A DNA stretch of 64,000 nucleotides from an uncultured Acidobacteriota bacterium (GCA_963764715.1 CAVXTP010000008.1:1-64000), one strand, 5' to 3'; shown: positions 52,624 through 62,898, numbered from the stretch's first letter. The notes: generated from the sequence alone by a model not told the origin. Program-made: numbers and translations.

Positions 52624-53912
52624 GCCGGCGGCTCCTGCGGGGCGGTCGGGTGGTCGACCCCGCGGCCGGGCGCGACGGGCGCTTCGACGTTCTCCTCGAG
52701 GACGGCGTCGTGGCGGAGGTCGCGGACCGGATCGAGGCCCGCGACGCCCGGGTCTTCGACGTCTCGCGCCTCTACGTCTTTCCGGGCTTCATCGACCTCC
52801 ACGCTCACCTGCGCGAGCCCGGGCGCGAGTACGCCGAGACGATCGCGACCGGCCTCGCCGCCGCCGCGGCGGGCGGCTTCACCGCCGTGTGCGCGATGCC
52901 CAACACCAGCCCGGTCAACGACATCCGGGAGGTCTGCGAATTCATCCTCGGCCGGGGCGCCGCCGTGCGGGGCACGCGCCTTTATCCCATCGCCGCGATC
53001 ACGAAGGGGCAGAAGGGCGAGGAGATGACGGCCTTCGGCGAGCTCGCCGCGGCCGGCGCCGTGGCCTTCTCGGACGACGGGGAGTGGCTCGCCGACGGCT
53101 CGCTCCTGCGCCACGCCTTCGAGCACGCCCGGCTCTTCGGCCGGCCGATCGTCCAGCACAGCGAGGACCCGGGCCTCTCCCAGGGCGCGCCGATGCACGA
53201 GGGAGCGGTCTCGACGCGCCTCGGGCTGTCGGGACAGCCCGCGATCGCGGAAGCCGCGGCGGTCGCGCGGGACCTGCTCGTCGCGGAGCGGACGGGCGGG
53301 CGCCTCCACGTTGCCCACCTCTCGACCGCGCGCGCGCTCGAGCTCGTGCGCCGGGCGAAGGCGGACGGCATCTCCGTGACCTGCGAGGTCACGCCCCATC
53401 ACCTCGTGCTGACCGACGAGGAGGTGGCGTCGTCGGGGTTCTCGACCCGTACGAAGGTGAACCCGCCGCTGCGCGAGGCCTCGGACCTGACGGCGATCGT
53501 CGGCGGTGTCTTGGACGGAACGATCGACGCGATCGCGACCGACCACGCGCCCCACCACGCCGACGAGAAGGCCGTCGACTTCGACTCGGCCCCGTTCGGC
53601 ATCGTCGGCCTCGAGACGGCGGCCTCCGTGGTCCACGACCGGTTCGTGGCCCGCGGCCGGTTCGGCCTCGACCGCTTCGTGACGCTCTTCTCCACGGGCC
53701 CCGCGCGGGCGTTCGGCCTTCCGGGCGGCACGCTCGCCCCGGGCGCTCCGGCGGACGTGACGCTCTTCGATCCGGAGGCCCGCTGGAAGGTCGACCCCCA
53801 CAAATTCGTGTCCAAAGGACGAAGCACTCCGTTCGCCGGGTGGGAGCTCTCCGGCGCTCCCGCGGCCACGATCGTCGGGGGCGAGGTCGTCTGGCAGAGG
53901 GTCGAGCTCTAG
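52620..53912 (+). CDS. pyrC: Dihydroorotase
   Basis: [29 protein letters not shown]. Confidence 0.94.
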
Positions 53913-53928
53913 CTCTTCCGCCCGCGCC

Positions 53929-56043
53929 GTGCGCCCCTTCCCCCGGTCCCTTCCGCTCGTCTTCCTCGCCCTGGCGGCCGCGGTCGCGCCCGCGCCGGCC
54001 GCCCCGGTGCGCCGTGTCGCGATCCGCGCGTCGGCGGACCTGCCGCCGGCCGGCCTCGACCGCCTCGCCGCCGCCGCGCGCGCCCGGGGCGTCGAGGTCG
54101 AGCTCGCGCGCGAGGGGTCGCCGGCGCCGGCGGGGTTCGACCTGCTCCGGCTTTCGACCCTTCCGCCCTCGGACGCGGTCCGCACCGCCGTCCTCGTCTT
54201 CCCGGTCGTCTTCGAGTCCGGGGCGTTCGTCTTCGACGGACGCGCCTATCGCCGGCCCGACGAAGCCGTCCGGCTGACCGCCTCGACGGGCGGCGAGATC
54301 ATCGTGCTCGGAAACTCCGCCGCGGCCATTCTGTCGCTCGCCGGCCGCTGGCTCTCCGGGCCCTCCGCCTCGGACTACGAGGTCCTGTCCGGAGAGCTCA
54401 CGCGCTCCGGGCGTTTCGAGCGGCGCGACGGGCGGCTCGTCGTCGATCCCGCCTCGGACCGCGACCGGATCGCGCAGCGCGACGCGTTCCTGGCGTCCCT
54501 GAAACACCGGACGCGCGGCACGGTCGTCTGGGAGTACCCCCCGGGCTCGGGGAACGCGGCTGCGGCGTGGGAAAAGACCGCGTCCCGATTTCTGCGCAAG
54601 GGCAAGCTCCTCGTCCGCGTGTACCCGGACACCGTCACCAAGGCCGCGCTCACCGGCTCCGCTCGCGCGGCCGACCTCGGAAACGACGGCGACGGGCTGC
54701 GCGTCGACCTCGACGCGTCGGCGCCCGCCGAGCCCGACCAGGTGACGCCGGTTCTGGCGGCGGCGGGGCTCGCCGCGGCCGACTCTTCGCTTCTTTCCCG
54801 CCCGGCGCTCCTCGCGGCCGCCGGCGCCCGGCGCGCGGGCCGCTGGTGGGGACGGGAGGTCAAGACGTTCGCCGCGTTCACCCGCGGCGCGGGCGTCGAT
54901 CCTTCGATCGAGGACATCCTGGCCTCGGCGGACTCGCTGTCGCCGGTGCTCGACGTCGGGACGGCGGCCTCCTGGCTCGACGCCGGGGCGCGGCTCGAAA
55001 GCGAGGCGGACGTCGAGAAGTCGCTCGGCAAGCCGGACGCGGTGCTCGCGCCGCTGCTCGCGCGGTGGCGGGCCGGAGCGCTCCGCCAGACGGTGGCTCC
55101 GCCGCAGCGGCACCCGCTGCCGGCCGCGTTTCTCGGCGGCGTCGCCTACGACGCGCCGGACGAGGTCGAGGACTCCCTGGTGTCGGCGCGCTCGCGGGAG
55201 GCGATCGGGCGGCTGGCGGCCGCGGGATTCACGTCGATCGCGCTGCGGCCGGGCGCGCTGATGCGGGACCCCGAGACCGCCGAGATCCTGTTCGTCCGGC
55301 ACGGGGCGCGCGGCGAGACGGACGAGGGCCTCCTGCGCGCCGTCGGGGACGCGCATGCCGCCGGGCTGACGGCGATGCTCGACCCGGAGCTTCTCGTCGG
55401 CGGGGGAGTCCCCGCCTCCCGGGTCGCCATGCCGGGGGAGTCGGCGTGGGCCGAGTGGTTCTTCGCGTACCGGCGCTTCCTCGTGCACGAGGCCGTCGTC
55501 GCGGAGGCGGCCGGAGCCGACGTCTTCGTCGTCGGGGAGGCGCTGACCGCGACCGAGGAGCAGAAGAACGAGTGGAAGCACGTGATCGCGGCGGCGCGCC
55601 TGGCGACGGGGGCGCCGCTTCTCTACGCGGTCGCGACGCCGGCCGGAGCGGCGGACGTCCCGTTCTGGGACGGTCTCGACGCGATCGGCGCATGGTTCCT
55701 CGAGCCGCTGGCGCGCACCGAGAAAGCGGCGGACGCGGCGCTCGCCGACGGCGCCCGGGCGGCCGCCCGCCCGCTCGCCGAAATCTCGAAGCGCCTCTCG
55801 CGGCCCGTCATCTTCACCCGCGCCGGTTATCCGCCCGTCCGCGCGGCGTGGGCGATGCCGTCCGAAGCCGGGCGCCCCGCCGCGCCCGAGGATGCGGCCC
55901 GCGCGACCGCCGCGGTCTTCCGGGCCCTCGGCGCCGAGGCCTGGTGGCGGGGCGTCTACTGGTCGGCGGCCGACGCCGGCGCTCCGGCCGTGGAACGGGC
56001 GATCGTCGACGGCGTCCGCTCCCGGGAGACGCCCGCGCCGTGA
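53929..56043 (+). CDS. Secreted protein with C-terminal GH113/GTA TIM-barrel-like domain
   Basis: Signal peptide; WFFAYRRF...A...GE, VPFWDGLDAIG, FT..GY pattern. Confidence 0.62.
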   Translation: MRPFPRSLPLVFLALAAAVAPAPAAPVRRVAIRASADLPPAGLDRLAAAARARGVEVELAREGSPAPAGFDLLRLSTLPPSDAVRTAVLVFPVVFESGAFVFDGRAYRRPDEAVRLTASTGGEIIVLGNSAAAILSLAGRWLSGPSASDYEVLSGELTRSGRFERRDGRLVVDPASDRDRIAQRDAFLASLKHRTRGTVVWEYPPGSGNAAAAWEKTASRFLRKGKLLVRVYPDTVTKAALTGSARAADLGNDGDGLRVDLDASAPAEPDQVTPVLAAAGLAAADSSLLSRPALLAAAGARRAGRWWGREVKTFAAFTRGAGVDPSIEDILASADSLSPVLDVGTAASWLDAGARLESEADVEKSLGKPDAVLAPLLARWRAGALRQTVAPPQRHPLPAAFLGGVAYDAPDEVEDSLVSARSREAIGRLAAAGFTSIALRPGALMRDPETAEILFVRHGARGETDEGLLRAVGDAHAAGLTAMLDPELLVGGGVPASRVAMPGESAWAEWFFAYRRFLVHEAVVAEAAGADVFVVGEALTATEEQKNEWKHVIAAARLATGAPLLYAVATPAGAADVPFWDGLDAIGAWFLEPLARTEKAADAALADGARAAARPLAEISKRLSRPVIFTRAGYPPVRAAWAMPSEAGRPAAPEDAARATAAVFRALGAEAWWRGVYWSAADAGAPAVERAIVDGVRSRETPAP

Positions 56044-56843
56044 GCGCGCTTCTCGACGCCGCCGTCGAAGCCGCGGTCGAAGGCGGCCGGGTCCTCCTCG
56101 CCAACTGGCGCAACCTCCCGCACGGCTCGGTCGAGGAGAAGCGGAAGAACGACTTCGTCACCCACGCCGATCGGGAGAGCGAGGAACGCATCATCGGCGT
56201 CATCCGCGGCCGGTTTCCCGGCGACGCCTTCCTCGGGGAGGAAGGCGGGGCGCGCGGAGGCGCGGGTGCCGGCGCGCGCGAGTGGATCATCGATCCCCTC
56301 GACGGCACGTCCAACTTCGTCTCGGGGTTTCCGTTCTGGTGCGTCTCGATCGCCGCGCGCGAGGGCGACGAGCTCGTGGCCGCGGTGGTCTGGGACCCCC
56401 TGCGCGACGAGATGTACACGGCCGAGCGCGGCGGCGGCGCCTGGCGCAACGGGACGCGCCTGGCGGTGACGGGACGAAGGGATCTCGACGGCGCCTTCGT
56501 CGCGACGGGCTTTCCGTTCCGCAACCGCCACAAGATCGACTCGTATCTCGCGCTCTTCAAGGCGGTCTTCGTCCACGCCCGCGCGATCCGGCGGGCGGGC
56601 TCCGCGGCCCTCGACCTGGCCTACGTCGCGGCCGGCGTTTTCGACGGGTTCTTCGAGTTTCGCCTCGCGCCCTGGGACGTCGCGGCCGGCGCGCTCCTGA
56701 TCGAGGAGGCGGGCGGCCTCCTGACCGACTTCGACGGCGGGAAGCGCTACCTCGAGCGGGGCAACGTCGTCGCCGGCCCGCCCGGCGTCGTCGACGGAAT
56801 CCGGCGCGCCGCCGCCGGGATCGTCACCGAAGACACCATCTAG
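56040..56843 (+). CDS. suhB: Inositol monophosphatase family protein
   Basis: DFVTHAD, GEE, WIIDPLDGTSNF, GSAALDL, WDVAAG. Confidence 0.93.
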   Translation: MSALLDAAVEAAVEGGRVLLANWRNLPHGSVEEKRKNDFVTHADRESEERIIGVIRGRFPGDAFLGEEGGARGGAGAGAREWIIDPLDGTSNFVSGFPFWCVSIAAREGDELVAAVVWDPLRDEMYTAERGGGAWRNGTRLAVTGRRDLDGAFVATGFPFRNRHKIDSYLALFKAVFVHARAIRRAGSAALDLAYVAAGVFDGFFEFRLAPWDVAAGALLIEEAGGLLTDFDGGKRYLERGNVVAGPPGVVDGIRRAAAGIVTEDTI

Positions 56844-58092
56844 ACTTCTCGACTTCGACCTCGGACGGCGCCCGGCCCGCCAGGGCCGCCGCGACGACGA
56901 GGTTCCCGGTCGTGTTGGCCGCGCTGCGGAAGGCGTTGGGGATCGGGTCGACGGCGAGCAGGAGCCCGACCGCGGCCGTCGGCAGGCCCGCGGCCGCCAG
57001 GACCGGCGCCGTCACGAGGATGGCGCCGTGGGGGACGCCGGGGACGCTGAAGCTGACCGCGAGCGCCAGGGCGGCGAGCGCGGCGAGCTGCGACGGCGGG
57101 ATCGGCGTCGCCGTGAGGCGGGCCACGAAGAAGACCGCGACGAGGCAGTGGACCGGCGCCGAGACCTTCAGCGTCGAGACCGCGAGCGGCAGGACGAAGC
57201 GGGAGACGGGCCTCGGCACCGCGAGGACCCGTTCGGCGCCGTCGAGCATGGCGGGCAGGGACGCGAGCGAGGAGTGCGCCGCGAACGCCACGAGCTGGGC
57301 GGGCGCCGCGGCGCGCGCGAAGGCGGCGGGGGATACGCGCGCGAAGAGCCAGGGCGCCGCCGTCAGCAGCAGGATCTGCGCGAGGCAGAGCCCCGAGAGC
57401 ACCAGGACGTAGAGCCCGAGGGCCCCGGTCGCGGCCAGGCCCACCCGCGCCGCCAGCGCCAGCGAGAGGACGAAGATCGCGATCGGCGCCAGCCGCACGA
57501 TCCAGCCGAGGAGGACCGTCATGGCTTCCGAGATGCCGCGGAAGAACGCGAGGACCGTTTCCCGCGGCCCCTCGGCGATCCGGCTCACGGCGGCCGCGAA
57601 CAGGATCGTGAAAAGGACGAGGGGGAGGAGGGCCCCGTCCGCCGCCGCCCGGAAGACGTTGGAGGGGAGGAGGCCCGTGATCCAGTCGGAAAACGTCAGC
57701 TTCGGAGGCGCCGTGCCCGCCGTCGACGCGAGGCTCTCGCGGAAGCGCGCTGCCGTTTCGCCGCCGAGGGGAAGGGCCGCCATCAGCGGCGGGACGACGA
57801 GGGCCGCGGCGAGCGCCGTCAGCGCGAGGAGAAGGAGAGAGAGCGCGACGGCCCGTCCGCCGAGGCTTCCGACGAGGCCCGTCCGGGACGCCGCGACGAT
57901 CGCGACGACGAGCCCCGAAACGACGAGGGGCAGCACCGTCATCAGGATCGCGTTGACCCAGAGCGTGCCCACGGGCTCGAGCGCGGTGGCGAGCCGGGAG
58001 AGACGCGCGTCGCCGGCGAGGGAGGCGGCGGTGCCGAGGCCGAGACCGGCGGCGAGCGCGAGGAGGACCTGGAGCGTCAGCGAGCGCCGCAC
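56824..58092 (-). CDS. Dicarboxylate/amino acid:cation symporter (DAACS)
   Basis: LPSNVF, AF..HSSLASLP, VPGVP, FRSAANTTG. Confidence 0.87.
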   Translation of the reverse strand: MRRSLTLQVLLALAAGLGLGTAASLAGDARLSRLATALEPVGTLWVNAILMTVLPLVVSGLVVAIVAASRTGLVGSLGGRAVALSLLLLALTALAAALVVPPLMAALPLGGETAARFRESLASTAGTAPPKLTFSDWITGLLPSNVFRAAADGALLPLVLFTILFAAAVSRIAEGPRETVLAFFRGISEAMTVLLGWIVRLAPIAIFVLSLALAARVGLAATGALGLYVLVLSGLCLAQILLLTAAPWLFARVSPAAFARAAAPAQLVAFAAHSSLASLPAMLDGAERVLAVPRPVSRFVLPLAVSTLKVSAPVHCLVAVFFVARLTATPIPPSQLAALAALALAVSFSVPGVPHGAILVTAPVLAAAGLPTAAVGLLLAVDPIPNAFRSAANTTGNLVVAAALAGRAPSEVEVEKSRWCLR

Positions 58093-58101
58093 GGACGCGG
58101 C

Positions 58102-59214
58102 CTAGGCGCCGTTCAGGCGGCGGAGATACTCGCGATCGAACGCGGCGAGCAGGCTCTCCTCGCGCGAGTACGGCCCCGGCGCATAGGCCCGCGAGGACAC
58201 GCCCCGCTGGGCGAGCTCGCACATGTGCCAGTCCTGGCGGTTCGTGAGGTCCCAGATCTCGACGCCGTCGGAGGGGTCGAAGCCGGGGGCGGCGGCCGCC
58301 TCGGGAGCGAACAGGAACTCGCAGACGACCGTCGTCCGGTCGATCGCGACCGGCGCGAGCCTCGTCGCCATCGCGAAGTCTGGCTGGATCGTCAGGAAGA
58401 GCGACGGGAAGACCGAGTAGTAGTAGACGCGCCGGCGCTCCTCGCCCGGCCGGTCGGCGATCGGAAGGGCGCAGGGCCGGCCGCTCATCGTCAGGCTGCC
58501 GCCCTCGGCGTTGATGAGCATGTAGCCGCCGAGGATCCCGCCGTCGCGGAGGTCGTTGGCGCCGCTCCGGTAGTGGGAGAGCTTCGCGAGCGCGGGATGG
58601 ACCGGCGGGCAGTGATAGCACTCCGAGAAGTTCTGGAAGATGAGCTTCCAGTTGGCCCGGACGTCGTATTCGATCCGCCGGACGGTCGGGAGCGCCGACA
58701 GCCGAAAGGGCGTGAAGCGTCCGAGGAGGGGCCGGAGGGCCGCTTCGAGGGGCTCCGGGCGCTCGCCGAGGTGGACGAACACGAAGCCCTCCCACTCGCC
58801 GATCGGCGCCTCCCGGAGCGGATGCTCGCTCTTGTCGAACCACGGAACGTCGGCCATGTGCGGCGCGCCGAGGAGCGCGCCGTCGAGGCCGTAGGTCCAG
58901 GCGTGGTACGGGCACTGGATCCCGGCGGCGAACCGCCCGCTCGCGGCCTCGCAGAGGCGCGTTCCGCGGTGGCGGCAGACGTTGAAGAAGGCGCGCAGCC
59001 GCTCGTCCCGGCCCCGCACGAGGATGAGGCTCTCCCCGGCGACCTCCCGCAGGGCGTAGTCGCCGGCCTGCGGCAGGGCGTCGGCACGTCCGGCGGCGAT
59101 CCAGGTCCCCGAGAAGATGCGCTCCGCCTCCCGGGCGAAGACCTCGGTCGAGGTGTAGTAGCGCCCGTCGAGCGTCGTCGCCGGTTCCGCGAGGACGTGC
59201 CCCTGGAACTCCAC
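58102..59214 (-). CDS. Rieske non-heme iron oxygenase alpha subunit (GbcA/choline monooxygenase-like)
   Basis: NVCRHRG, CPYHAW, NWK...ECYHCPPVHP. Confidence 0.9.
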   Translation of the reverse strand: MEFQGHVLAEPATTLDGRYYTSTEVFAREAERIFSGTWIAAGRADALPQAGDYALREVAGESLILVRGRDERLRAFFNVCRHRGTRLCEAASGRFAAGIQCPYHAWTYGLDGALLGAPHMADVPWFDKSEHPLREAPIGEWEGFVFVHLGERPEPLEAALRPLLGRFTPFRLSALPTVRRIEYDVRANWKLIFQNFSECYHCPPVHPALAKLSHYRSGANDLRDGGILGGYMLINAEGGSLTMSGRPCALPIADRPGEERRRVYYYSVFPSLFLTIQPDFAMATRLAPVAIDRTTVVCEFLFAPEAAAAPGFDPSDGVEIWDLTNRQDWHMCELAQRGVSSRAYAPGPYSREESLLAAFDREYLRRLNGA

Positions 59215-59300
59215 GGGCGCAAGCCTAGCTCCGCGCCGGTCGCCCGGCAAGGTAGACTCCGGCGACACCCGGGCGCCTTCGACATCGACGAGGAGGGAAC

Positions 59301-60467
59301 ATGCGGCGACGTTTCACGCGGCGGGATTTCGTTCGGACGGGAGCGGCGGCGGGGCTCGCGGCGGCGGCCCCCCGCGCCACGTTCGGAAAGGCGCCGGCGG
59401 TCGTGCCCGGCTCGGCGGCGCAGCCCGTCGTCATCGCCTCGGCCAACGGCAACTGGTTCAAGAACGGCGGAACGCAGACCTGCGTCGAGAAGGCCTGGAC
59501 GAGCATGACGGCGGGCACCGACGTGCTCGATGCCCTCATCGAGGGGGTCAACATCGTCGAGCTCGACCCCGAGGACTACAGCGTCGGATACGGCGGGGTG
59601 CCGAACGCCGAAGGCGTGGTCCAGCTCGATTCCTCCTGCATGCACGGCCCGCTCAAGCGCGCCGGCGGCGTGGCGTCGCTCGAAGGCGTCCGGACGCCCT
59701 CGAAGGTGGCCCTCGAGGTGATGAACAAGACCGACCACCATCTCCTCGTCGGCAAGGGGGCGCAGACGTTCGCGCGCAACCTCGGCTTCACGATCGAGGA
59801 CGACCTCAACACCCCGCTCTCGCGCAAGCTCTGGCTGGAGTGGAAGCAGCGGACGGACCCGTCGCACTACCTGACGCCGAAGGAGCGCGAGATCGCCTCC
59901 GCCGAGGCGCGGCGCCAGATGGCCGCCGAGGGCCTCTTCCCGGCCTCGAAGATGTACGGAACCATCAACTGCGACGGCATCAACGCGAAGGGCGAGATCT
60001 GCGGCGTGACCACGACCTCGGGCCTCTTCTTCAAGATCCCGGGACGGGTGGGCGACTCGCCGATTCTCGGCGCCGGCCTCTGGGTCGACGGGCAGGTCGG
60101 CGCGGCGGGCTCGACGGGCCGCGGCGAGGCGAACCTCTACAACCTCTCCTCGTTCTTCATCGTCGAGTGCATGCGCCGCGGCATGCACCCGAAGGACGCC
60201 GGCATGGAGGCGTTGAAGCGCATCAAGGCGAACACGGTCGAGAAACGGCTGCTGAACGCGAAGGGCAATCCCAACTTCAACATCAATTTCTACGCGCTCA
60301 ACGCCAAGGGCGAGTTCGCCGGCGTCGCGATGTATGCCCTCGAGGACGACGAGCGAGGCTGGGCGGGCGAGACGGGACGCCGGGTGCGCTACGCGGTGTG
60401 CGACGCGAAGGGCCCGCGAACGCTCCAGGTCGAAGGGCTCCTCCCGGGCACGCCGAACGGGAGTTAG
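59301..60467 (+). CDS. Tat-exported glycosylasparaginase/isoaspartyl peptidase (Ntn hydrolase)
   Basis: TRRDF Tat motif, SVGYGG.PN, G-TI cleavage site, TTTSG...GRVGDSPI.GAG, TGRGE. Confidence 0.88.
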   Translation: MRRRFTRRDFVRTGAAAGLAAAAPRATFGKAPAVVPGSAAQPVVIASANGNWFKNGGTQTCVEKAWTSMTAGTDVLDALIEGVNIVELDPEDYSVGYGGVPNAEGVVQLDSSCMHGPLKRAGGVASLEGVRTPSKVALEVMNKTDHHLLVGKGAQTFARNLGFTIEDDLNTPLSRKLWLEWKQRTDPSHYLTPKEREIASAEARRQMAAEGLFPASKMYGTINCDGINAKGEICGVTTTSGLFFKIPGRVGDSPILGAGLWVDGQVGAAGSTGRGEANLYNLSSFFIVECMRRGMHPKDAGMEALKRIKANTVEKRLLNAKGNPNFNINFYALNAKGEFAGVAMYALEDDERGWAGETGRRVRYAVCDAKGPRTLQVEGLLPGTPNGS

Positions 60468-60477
60468 TGGCGGAAGA

Positions 60478-60559
60478 GGCCGGGGACAGCCGTCCACCGA
60501 AGGCAAGCCCGCGGCCGAAGGCAACGCCGGCGTCAGCCGGCGGTCACCCCCGCCCCTAC
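60478..60559 (-). repeat. Expanded GTAG-REP, homolog of 51574-51655
   Basis: ggggaca..cc-[ccaccgaaggca.gccc...hairpin]-cccccgcccctac; the GTAG overlaps the TAG stop of the 60556-61101 gene. Confidence 0.72.
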
Positions 60560-61101
60560 GACGGCAGGTACTCCTTCGGAATCGGGTTGTCCTTCGTCTC
60601 GTCCGTCCAGATCGCGTTGGCGATCCACCACCGCTTTCCGTCCCAGAAGAGCTCGATCGAGTTGATGCCGCGCTGGATCACCGGGCCGGTCTCCGTCCGC
60701 CGCGACTCGTACGTGCTCCAGACGTGGGCGATCGGGCCGAAGCGCTCGGTGACGCGGTGGATCTCCTTCTCGTAGAAGCCCTCCTTCTCCAGGCCGGTCG
60801 AGGCCTCGACGAACTGCTGGTGCGTCGAGATCCGGGGCTCGAGCTTCCCGTCCTTTCCGACGTCGACCGGGACGAAGCGGATGTCGGAGATGTAGAGGGT
60901 GCGGTCCCGCGCCCAGTCGCGCGGCTGGCCCTTCGGCCCCGAGACGACCTCGTAGTAGGCGTTGACCATCCCGTCGATCGTCGCGACATCGGCCGGCCGC
61001 GGTGCGATGGTGGCAACCTCGACCTTCGGCCTCGCCTGGGCGGCGCCGACCGCCGCGACGAGCGAAACGCACACCAGGGTCACCCATGACTTGAGCTTCA
61101 T
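60556..61101 (-). CDS. Secreted NTF2-like hypothetical protein
   Basis: Signal peptide; YEVVSGP, FYEKEI, FGPIAHVWSTYE, RGINSIEL...RWWI. Confidence 0.78.
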   Translation of the reverse strand: MKLKSWVTLVCVSLVAAVGAAQARPKVEVATIAPRPADVATIDGMVNAYYEVVSGPKGQPRDWARDRTLYISDIRFVPVDVGKDGKLEPRISTHQQFVEASTGLEKEGFYEKEIHRVTERFGPIAHVWSTYESRRTETGPVIQRGINSIELFWDGKRWWIANAIWTDETKDNPIPKEYLPS

Positions 61102-61110
61102 GTATCTCCC

Positions 61111-61144
61111 GCTTACTGCTTACTGCTTACTGCTTACTGCTTAC
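61111..61144. repeat. Heptamer tandem repeat (GCTTACT) x ~5
   Basis: gcttact x4 + gcttac; includes the stop codon of the MEMO1 gene. Confidence 0.88.
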
Positions 61145-61955
61145 CGGCTTCAACGACCACGCCGGCATAACCGACGACGCTCGAAGTATCTCCCGTTTCG
61201 TCGCCGCTGTCGCGCCGGGCGACGACCCGGGCCGGCCCCGCGCCGGCCGCGCGCGCCGCGAAGAGGAGCGCCGTCGCGGGAAGGACTCCGCACATCGAGA
61301 TTCCCTCGCGAAAGACGGTCCGGAAGAGCTCCTCGGCGTCGAGCTCCTCGACGCGGGCGAGCGCCATGTCGTCCTTGATTCCTCCGACGTCCCGGCTTTC
61401 GTAGTGGTTCATGTCGGAGGAGGCGAGAAGAAGCGGCGGCTCGCCCCCCTCCGACCGGACGGCGGCGAGGGCCTCGCCGATCTCGCGGCAGAGCGCGAGG
61501 CTGCGCTCGCCGATGCAGATCGGGACGATCGCGACGTCCGGCCGCCGGACCTGGAGGAACGGAAGCTGCACCTCGAGCGAGTGCTCGCGCCGGTGGGCTT
61601 CGCGGTCGGGCTCGAGCGACGGGGCGAGCGTCATGAGCCGCTGCGCCAGGACGCGATCGACGGGCACGTCGCCCAGCGGAGTGCGCCAGGCGTCGGAGGG
61701 ATCGAGGGCCGCCGCCGCGCCGCGGCCCGTGTGGTTGGGGCAGAGGATCACGCAGGTCGGCGGAATCTCGAGCCGCGCGTAGACGGCGCCGGCCACCGGG
61801 CCGGAGTAGACGTAGCCGGCGTGCGGCGCGATGGCGCCGAAGGCGCGGGCCGGCGCGGCCCCGGCGGCCGCCAGGTAACCGAGGACGCTTCGCTCGAGGG
61901 CATCCTTCCGGGCCTCGTAGAACGAGCCGGCGACAGCCGGGGGCCGCACGGGCAT
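61134..61955 (-). CDS. AmmeMemoRadiSam system protein B (MEMO1 family)
   Basis: RPPAVAGSFY, PHAGYVYSG, PNH, EHSLEVQLPFLQ, SSDMNHY, SMCG, VVGYA. Confidence 0.93.
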   Translation of the reverse strand: MPVRPPAVAGSFYEARKDALERSVLGYLAAAGAAPARAFGAIAPHAGYVYSGPVAGAVYARLEIPPTCVILCPNHTGRGAAAALDPSDAWRTPLGDVPVDRVLAQRLMTLAPSLEPDREAHRREHSLEVQLPFLQVRRPDVAIVPICIGERSLALCREIGEALAAVRSEGGEPPLLLASSDMNHYESRDVGGIKDDMALARVEELDAEELFRTVFREGISMCGVLPATALLFAARAAGAGPARVVARRDSGDETGDTSSVVGYAGVVVEAGKQ

Positions 61956-61980
61956 GGGGCGATCCTACGCCTCGGCAGTC

Positions 61981-62808
61981 TCAGTTGATGATCAGGGTGG
62001 CCTCGGCCGACGCGCCGGCGAGCTCGACCTTGATCGTCGCGGCTCCCGTCTTGTGCCCGGTCGCCACGCCGGCCGAGTCGACCGAGGCGACGGCGGCGTC
62101 GGTCGACGTGAAGACCCCGGACGCCTCCGGGATGGCCGAGCCGTCGGGCGCGAACGCGGTGAGCTGGAAATGCTGGGACTCGCCCACGTGGGCGAGCGCC
62201 GTCGACGGCCGGAGCTCCAGCCGTCCGATCGGGCGGACCTGGACCGTGACTTCGCAGGCGCCCTGGACGTCCCCGACGCGCGCCACGATGGTCGTCGTGC
62301 CGGGCCCGACCGAGGTGATCACGCCCTTGTCCGAGACGCGGGCGATCTTCTCGTCCGCCGAGGACCAGACCGGCACCAGGGTCGTCAGGGCCTTCTGCGC
62401 CGAATCGCGGATCGTCCAGGTCACCGGGAGGGACGTTCCGGCCGGCCCCACGAGCGGAAACGCCGGCGAAGCGAACTCGATCGAGCTGACGTCGACGATC
62501 TCGACCGGCACCTGCGAGGTGACGCCTTCGTACGTGGCGGTCACGGTCGCCTTCCCCGCCTTCTTGGCCACGACGCGTCCGCCGGGGTCGACTTCGGCGA
62601 CGGCGGAGTCCGAGGAGCTCCACGACGGCGCCCCCGACCCGAGAGGCTCGCCCTTCTTGTCGAGGATGCGGGCCGACAGGCGCTGCGCCCGGCCGATCCC
62701 GTAGATCTTGACGGTCTTCGGGGAGAGGTCGATCGTGGCCGGCTTGCGGGAGCAGGCGGCCGCGACGAGAACCGCGGCCAGGCCGAGGGCGGAGCGACGA
62801 AGACGCAT
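61981..62808 (-). CDS. Lipoprotein with tandem Ig-like (Big_2) domains
   Basis: Lipobox VAAAC; three repeats of W.SSD..VA.VD..G.V. Confidence 0.87.
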   Translation of the reverse strand: MRLRRSALGLAAVLVAAACSRKPATIDLSPKTVKIYGIGRAQRLSARILDKKGEPLGSGAPSWSSSDSAVAEVDPGGRVVAKKAGKATVTATYEGVTSQVPVEIVDVSSIEFASPAFPLVGPAGTSLPVTWTIRDSAQKALTTLVPVWSSADEKIARVSDKGVITSVGPGTTTIVARVGDVQGACEVTVQVRPIGRLELRPSTALAHVGESQHFQLTAFAPDGSAIPEASGVFTSTDAAVASVDSAGVATGHKTGAATIKVELAGASAEATLIIN

Positions 62809-62857
62809 CGAGTCACCTCCGGGAAAATTGGTTTTTCAGAATAGCACCAGAGAACCT

Positions 62858-62889
62858 GGGGTCAGACCCCCTGCCGGGGGTCAGACCCC
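62858..62889. repeat. Tandem GGGGTCAGACCCC palindromes
   Basis: Two exact 13-mers at 62858-62870 and 62877-62889. Confidence 0.72.
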
Positions 62890-62898
62890 GCGACTTCC

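Noticed and set aside
61134-61955. Complete AmmeMemoRadiSam system
   Set aside because: Only the MEMO1-like B gene is present; no AMMECR1 or radical SAM gene in the window.
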